Assembly (NCBI GenBank): GCA_963749655.1
Contig: CAVVOB010000028.1
Span: forward strand, 128,001 to 192,000
Direction of reading: 5' to 3'
Length of the DNA: 64,000 nt
DNA from: Nitrospirota bacterium
Lineage (GTDB): Bacteria; Nitrospirota; UBA9217
The notes beneath the pieces were generated by a model, which saw nothing but the letters and a program-made list of their open reading frames with translations, was not told the origin of the DNA and did not search any database. Both the position numbers and the translations under genes were made by a program. This document shows positions 60,190 to 64,000 of this stretch, piece by piece; within the stretch, counting starts at the first letter, position 1; every line of letters begins with the position of its first letter.

Positions 60190-61370
60190 TTACCAACTCG
60201 GCCCTGCATCTGCGGGCGCGGAACCGAGCGACGGGGTAAAGTCAACGGTGCTGGTTGAACCGTTCTGATTACGGGTCGCCGGCTCGCCCTGCTGCCAGTA
60301 ATTATTGCCAAGGGGGATAGATCCCCTGTCTGTGACGAGAGATCAAGCATGCCCGCACCATCGAAAACATTGTAGGCTATCTGGCCTGCGCTTACCGGCC
60401 CTGCCGACGCGTTGATAAAATCCAGGACATAGTTGTCCGTTCCGGGCGCAATGATGTTGTGGTCCATTAGAAATCCTGTTGCCTGATGATCGCCGGAGAT
60501 CGTAGGAGCCAGTTTTGTAAGGCTGCAGTTTTGAATGATCGCCCCTGAGGAAGGCTGCAGATCCATTCTGGCGTAGTTGCTGTTGGCAATCAGGTAAAGG
60601 TTGAAAAATTTAGGCTTGCAGTTGGAAATATCGACAGCCTGACCGGTCTGCAGGTTGAGGACCTGAGCATTCTGGAACAAGGTCCCCTCGCCGGACCCGT
60701 AGTCGACGCAGCCGTTGATCGTGATCTTGAAACCCTGATCTGCAGCAAGCGCGGTGCCTGTTGCATGGGAAGAGAGCGTTGCGGATTGTGCGGTCGAGGC
60801 AAGTATCCTGAAGAGGCCGTTCACAACAAGGGAATTACCCTGCAGAATGTCGAGGGTGCTGTTGTCAAGAACGTACAGTTTCGTCCCGCTGCTGACGTTC
60901 ACGGATCCCTCCGAGTTGACGCTGCCCTCGACGATGTAAGGGCTGAGGTCGCTCGTCGTGGTGATCCCGGAGGCAAGGCTTGAGGCGAGTCGGGTGCCGT
61001 GGATGTTCTTTACAATATTCGAAGGGCTGGATTCAGCGTCGCCGACCGACGTTACCTGGTAATAGTGGACAGCTCCGTCGCCCTCCGGCGATGCGATCGC
61101 GTCGTCATAGGACGTTCCGGTTATCGGCTGGGCGTTTATTTTCGTAAAGACGGCGTTGTCCGTGCTTTTATAGAGGTTGTACCCGGTCAGATTTACGCCG
61201 GTGCTTGCCTCCCAGCTCAGGTGAATAGTTCCCAGCGATCCTGTTGCAGCCGGATTCGCGGGAACCGAAGGCGCAGACGCAGGGGCTGATCCGGCCCCCC
61301 CGCCTCCCCCGCTGCAGGCGGCTGTTATCAGGAAAAAAGCAAGCATCAATATACAGCCTTTTGAATGCAT
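60190..61370 (-). CDS. Lipoprotein with FN3 domain and beta-helix-like region; probable frameshift near 60320
   Basis: TAAC lipobox, LSWEAS...GYNLYKS...YYQVTSV; alternative frame ends ..NYW...AGPSW*. Confidence 0.75.
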
Positions 61371-62017
61371 CCTTTACCTCCCTTGTTTCGAGTGGCGGGA
61401 GCCGAAGGCTCCTCGAATTGCGCGACTCCCGGCCGGCAACCGACCGGGAGCGTCGCGGTTTGTCTATATCCCTTTCCTCTATCCTACGGATACGTTGCAT
61501 ACAAAATATTGCCTGCACTGGACCATACACCTCCGTAGGTCTGGATCCCCATCCAGTCGCCATCTGCCGGTGTTGATATCCCGTCTCCTCCGGTATCGCC
61601 AAGCTTGGAATCATCGTTGATCGAGGTAAAATAATTTCCCGTTCCCTGGTTGAGAGCCCCATACAGGTACACGCTGATTTTCCCATTCTGGAGGAACTTC
61701 AGGATAACGTTGTTCGCCAGAGTAAGGCTGCCGGGATTTGTGTTGCCGTCATCCCCTATAGCGAGCGTGTAACCCATTACATACGGAACTTCGGTGTTTG
61801 ACCAGGCTACATTGCCTTGCACTGCATAAAGCGTGGTGTCCAGGAATATGCCGTTGTACGTGTTCGTTACCGTAACACCGCTGACCACTGCGTGGAAGAT
61901 ATTGGAATTGTCGATATTCACCCGGCCGTTGATGTTGAGAGGCACGTCGTTATCATAGAAGGTGTTTCCTGTAATGATCGAGCCCGGACCAGCGCCCCGG
62001 AGGTTCAGCGCCGCGTT

Positions 62018-63807
62018 GAACCTGTAGGAAAAGTCATTTTATGCTATAATGACGCCATTAAAATGCTGCACGGAAGCATGAATACCCCTCACCCACGGGA
62101 GCGCGCATGGCGAAATACAAAGGCTACGATTATTCCCAAGGCAAATTTATCCCGATCAACTTCGACAAACAAATCCTCCCCGGCACCTTCGAACACACCC
62201 TCCACTATCTCATCGACAGCGACCTCGACCTATCCGCTTTTGATCTCCGGTACAGGAACGACGAAACCGGCGCCCCGGCCTACGATCCCCGGATCATGCT
62301 CAAGATCGTCCTGTATGCCTACTCCAAAGGGATCACCTCCAGCCGGAAGATCGCCGACTGTTGCAACGAGAATGTCGTGTTCATGGCCCTGTCCGCCGAC
62401 ACCCGGCCGCACTTCACCACGATCGCCGATTTCATCTCATCGAACGACCAGGAGACGGTGAAGCTCTTCCTTGAAGTACTCTTTATCTGCGACCGGATGG
62501 GCCTGATCGGCAAAGAGATGTTCGCTATCGATGGCTGCAAGCTCCCTTCGAACGCTTCAAAGGAATGGAGCGGAACTAAAAAGGATCTTCGACGTAAGAA
62601 AGAAAAGATGGAGAAGGCGATCAAGGCAATGATCGCTCAGCATAAGGAACGGGACAAAACCGAGACCGACCACGCGGTAATCGAGAAGGAAGAGCAGTAT
62701 ATAGCCACCCTCAAGGCGAAGATCAAAAAGATAAAAGACTTCATGAACGATAACGACGACAAGCCCGGCAGCAAGGGGCCGAGGAAGAGCAACATAACCG
62801 ACAACGAAAGCGCGAATATGATGACTTCGCACGGAGTAGTCCAGGGTTACAACGGTGTAGCCATGGTGGACAGCAAACACCAGGTAGTTGTCCATGCCGA
62901 TGCGACCGGAGACTCCGAGACTGCAATACTTAAACCCATGGTCGAAGGGACCCGGGGAAACTTCAAGACAATCGGAAAAGAAGAGGACATCTTCAAAAAG
63001 ACCCAACTGACGACCGATGCCGGTTTTCATTCCGCAATGAACGTGCAGATGGTAATCGAAGAAGGCATCGACGCATACATCGCGGATAACAAGTTCCGTC
63101 ATCGCGATCCCCGATATGCTACGGCCGACAGGCATAAGGAGAGGTTCAATAAAGAGATCGCAAAGAAATTCGACCGGCCGATCGTCTTCCAGCCGAGAGA
63201 CTTCACGGTGAGCCCGGATAAAAGCTTCTGCACCTGCCCGGCCGGGAAACGGATGTACAAATGCGGCAACGCGAATCATCATGGACTCCATGCGATCAAG
63301 TATCACGGAACAAAACGAGACTGTATCCCGTGCACGCAGCGCGCGCAGTGCCTGAAGAACCCCGAAGTGACCGAAACGCGCCAGTTCTCCCATTTCACAG
63401 GCAGGACCAACAAACAAGAAAAGACCTTCACGCAGAAGATGCGAGAGAAGATAGACTCGGTGGCCGGCAAGTTGATCTACGGACGAAGGATGGCGACGGT
63501 CGAACCGGTATTTGCTGACATCCGATCGAGTCTCGGTCTCGACCGCTTCAGTCTCAGAGGGAAAAAGAAGGTAAGCACCCAGTGGCGGCTATACTGTGTG
63601 GTTCACAACCTGCTCAAAGTGCACCGATACGGGTTCGGGTTCGCGGAAAGTTGAGATAACGGGAAGCAGAAAGAGAAAGAAAATGCAGTAGCGAGATCGA
63701 CCAGGACCGATTGAATCACGCAAAAGCTCAAATCAAGAACTCACCCTGATAAAAACTTGCTACCGGGGATCAATGATGCTTTTCAAATCGACTTTTTCTA
63801 CAGACTC
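62018..63807 (+). mobile_element. IS1182-family insertion sequence
   Basis: Inverted repeats GAACCTGTAGGAAAAGTC / GACTTTTTCTACAGACTC (15/18); GTT duplicated at 62015-62017 and 63808-63810. Confidence 0.92.
62107..63654 (+). CDS. IS1182-family DDE transposase
   Basis: GAPAYDPRIMLKIVLYAY..GITSSRKI, AIDGCK..NAS, DAGF, RRMATVEPVF..LRGKKKV..HNL. Confidence 0.95.
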   Translation: MAKYKGYDYSQGKFIPINFDKQILPGTFEHTLHYLIDSDLDLSAFDLRYRNDETGAPAYDPRIMLKIVLYAYSKGITSSRKIADCCNENVVFMALSADTRPHFTTIADFISSNDQETVKLFLEVLFICDRMGLIGKEMFAIDGCKLPSNASKEWSGTKKDLRRKKEKMEKAIKAMIAQHKERDKTETDHAVIEKEEQYIATLKAKIKKIKDFMNDNDDKPGSKGPRKSNITDNESANMMTSHGVVQGYNGVAMVDSKHQVVVHADATGDSETAILKPMVEGTRGNFKTIGKEEDIFKKTQLTTDAGFHSAMNVQMVIEEGIDAYIADNKFRHRDPRYATADRHKERFNKEIAKKFDRPIVFQPRDFTVSPDKSFCTCPAGKRMYKCGNANHHGLHAIKYHGTKRDCIPCTQRAQCLKNPEVTETRQFSHFTGRTNKQEKTFTQKMREKIDSVAGKLIYGRRMATVEPVFADIRSSLGLDRFSLRGKKKVSTQWRLYCVVHNLLKVHRYGFGFAES

Positions 63808-64000
63808 GTTGTGGGAGTCCGCGGGCGTGCCGCCCCTGTTGTGGGCAAAGGTGCCGTTCGTGATCGTCACTGTATCGTAGTTGTTTTCGACCAAGACTGT
63901 CGGGCTGGGAGGCACGGCGCCGCCGCCGTAGGAGAATCGGCAGCGGTTGAAGACCGATCCGGCCCCCGTTACCCTGATGTACGACCAGTCAAGCGGCGCG

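Larger units (their letters stand above)
61484..64000 (-). pseudogene. Right-handed beta-helix protein interrupted by an IS1182-family element (5' end beyond the window)
   Basis: 63808-64000 (..FSYGG..TFAHNRGGTPADSHN) rejoins 62014-61484 (AALNLRG..FYDNDVPL..FTSINDD..GDTGGDG) in frame after removing the IS and one GTT copy. Confidence 0.85.

Overview
Bacterial chromosomal window, moderately GC-rich. Gene style suggests a Nitrospirota/Desulfobacterota-like organism, but that is a weak inference. Many single-base indels split otherwise intact genes, including housekeeping genes, so the assembly is probably unpolished. 1-21.3 kb is accessory and mostly minus-strand: small membrane and lipoprotein genes, an M64 peptidase two-gene unit, a phospholipase C-like gene, a stop-interrupted Y1/HUH (RAYT-like) transposase between 27-bp inverted repeats, and a ~2,720-aa YVTN/NHL/beta-helix surface protein ending in a dockerin-like module followed by a cohesin-like lipoprotein. 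21-39 kb holds stress/redox genes, an OmpR-type two-component operon, a radical SAM gene, a sigma54-type multicopper oxidase-FKBP-lipoprotein operon, ade and hpt. 40-54 kb holds a probable ceramide/sphingolipid cluster (PAP2/Aur1-like, SDR, spt, bCerS-like GNAT), comM/yifB, an NlpC/P60-DUF1460 fusion, tRNA-Leu(GAG), ilvE, a NarL-type two-component system and usp. 54-64 kb is a tandem array of surface lipoprotein-type genes, the last interrupted by an IS1182-family element. Best novelty candidates: (1) degenerate copies of the Y1 transposase terminal repeat tightly bracket unrelated genes like gene cassettes; (2) a GGGGTA-N5-GGGGTA box at identical spacing upstream of four predicted promoters, including that of the NarL-type regulator; (3) a non-cellulosomal dockerin/cohesin-lipoprotein pair; (4) a sphingolipid cluster with an Aur1-like enzyme.
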